Position numbers and translations under genes: made by a program. Of a DNA stretch of 64,000 bases, positions 63,221-64,000 are shown piece after piece. The stretch lies in the NCBI RefSeq assembly GCF_009914755.1, contig NC_060934.1. One strand, 5' to 3'. The notes under the pieces were generated by a model that ran no database searches, was not told where the DNA came from, and saw only the letters and a list, made by a program, of their open reading frames with translations. This DNA comes from the human T2T-CHM13v2.0 reference genome, Homo sapiens. Each line of letters begins with the position of its first letter. Position 1 is the first letter of the stretch.

Positions 63221-64000
63221 AGTCAGTATCATTTTTTAAAAATGTAGAACCTGGTTTGATGACTCTAATTAAATTGTCTGCCAATTACTGAAGAGCTACT
63301 ACATACTAGATTCTGGGCTTTAGTTCTAAAGCCCACAGCAACCTCATGAATAAATATTATTAGCCCCACTGTATAGATGAGATAACAGACTAGGAGGGAG
63401 AAGTTAGGAAACTTGCTTAATGCCTCCTGTTTAGAAAATAGCTGAACTGGAATTCAGCCCTGTCTTCCATTTCACCCTGCCTGTGTCTCACGCACAGAAC
63501 ACCCGGGGATCCGCTGGTTCCCAAAGCACTGATGAGAACCCTTAATTTTGTCAACATTTCCTGGCTCCAGTAAATGTGTTCCAGATTGGTGGTGATCTGA
63601 TTTCATATTATCTGCCAGGTGAAATGTTTCTGCCTGGCAACACGTTTGCACACTACCCACAGCTGTTTTATCATCTTCCCTTCTGTTTCTACCCCGAAAA
63701 ATGTTGGGACGCTCTATGGAGTCTCTGAGTCCTGAATCAGATTTGTGGCTCCGTATGTGCAGGATGAGGATTTACAGAACTGAAATAAGATATAGGAAGT
63801 GAAATTTGGCTTGTTTCCCCGATGGTTTTTACCAGTTTCCTTTGGTACTGCCTGAAAAACACATTGGACCTCAATTAAAAAAAAAAAAGAAAGTAAAAAA
63901 AACAGTGTAATATTGGACATTTGTGTATCTTCTATTACATCTAAGTTCAAAAGTTGGTATATAACCATTTCAGACAATATATGCAGAAAAGTTACGCCTT

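Overview
Primate (almost certainly human) genomic DNA from the TMEM236-MRC1 locus (chr10p12 by established synteny), with both genes on the + strand. The window holds the last two coding exons of TMEM236 (1361-1502 and 21251-21834 plus a long, Alu-containing 3' UTR), then about 8.5 kb of intergenic sequence. It continues with the promoter and first four coding exons of MRC1/CD206: signal peptide, cysteine-rich ricin-type domain, fibronectin type II domain, and the first half of CTLD1. All splice junctions and reading phases were checked by hand; MRC1 exon 4 is missing from the ORF track. The remainder is intron or intergenic sequence with roughly 45 Alu copies or fragments, L1/L2/MIR relics, solo LTRs (THE1A, MLT2A, LTR9-like, LTR1/27-like, ERVL) and DNA transposons (MER1B, MER47A, MER63, half MADE1). 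Most short ORFs in the track are Alu/L1/LTR artefacts. I cannot support a wholly new biological system. The most unusual structures are: (1) a ~190-bp foldback cassette upstream of MRC1 exon 3 containing a 73-nt pre-miRNA-sized hairpin; (2) a ~290-bp non-Alu inverted duplication in MRC1 intron 1; (3) a tail-to-tail AluY pair with essentially no spacer; (4) a perfect 63-bp tandem duplication; (5) phase compatibility allowing an in-frame TMEM236-MRC1 read-through chimera; (6) a half-MADE1 miR-548 target and switchable inverted Alus in the TMEM236 3' UTR. Repeat subfamily names and reference alleles are recalled from memory and need database confirmation.
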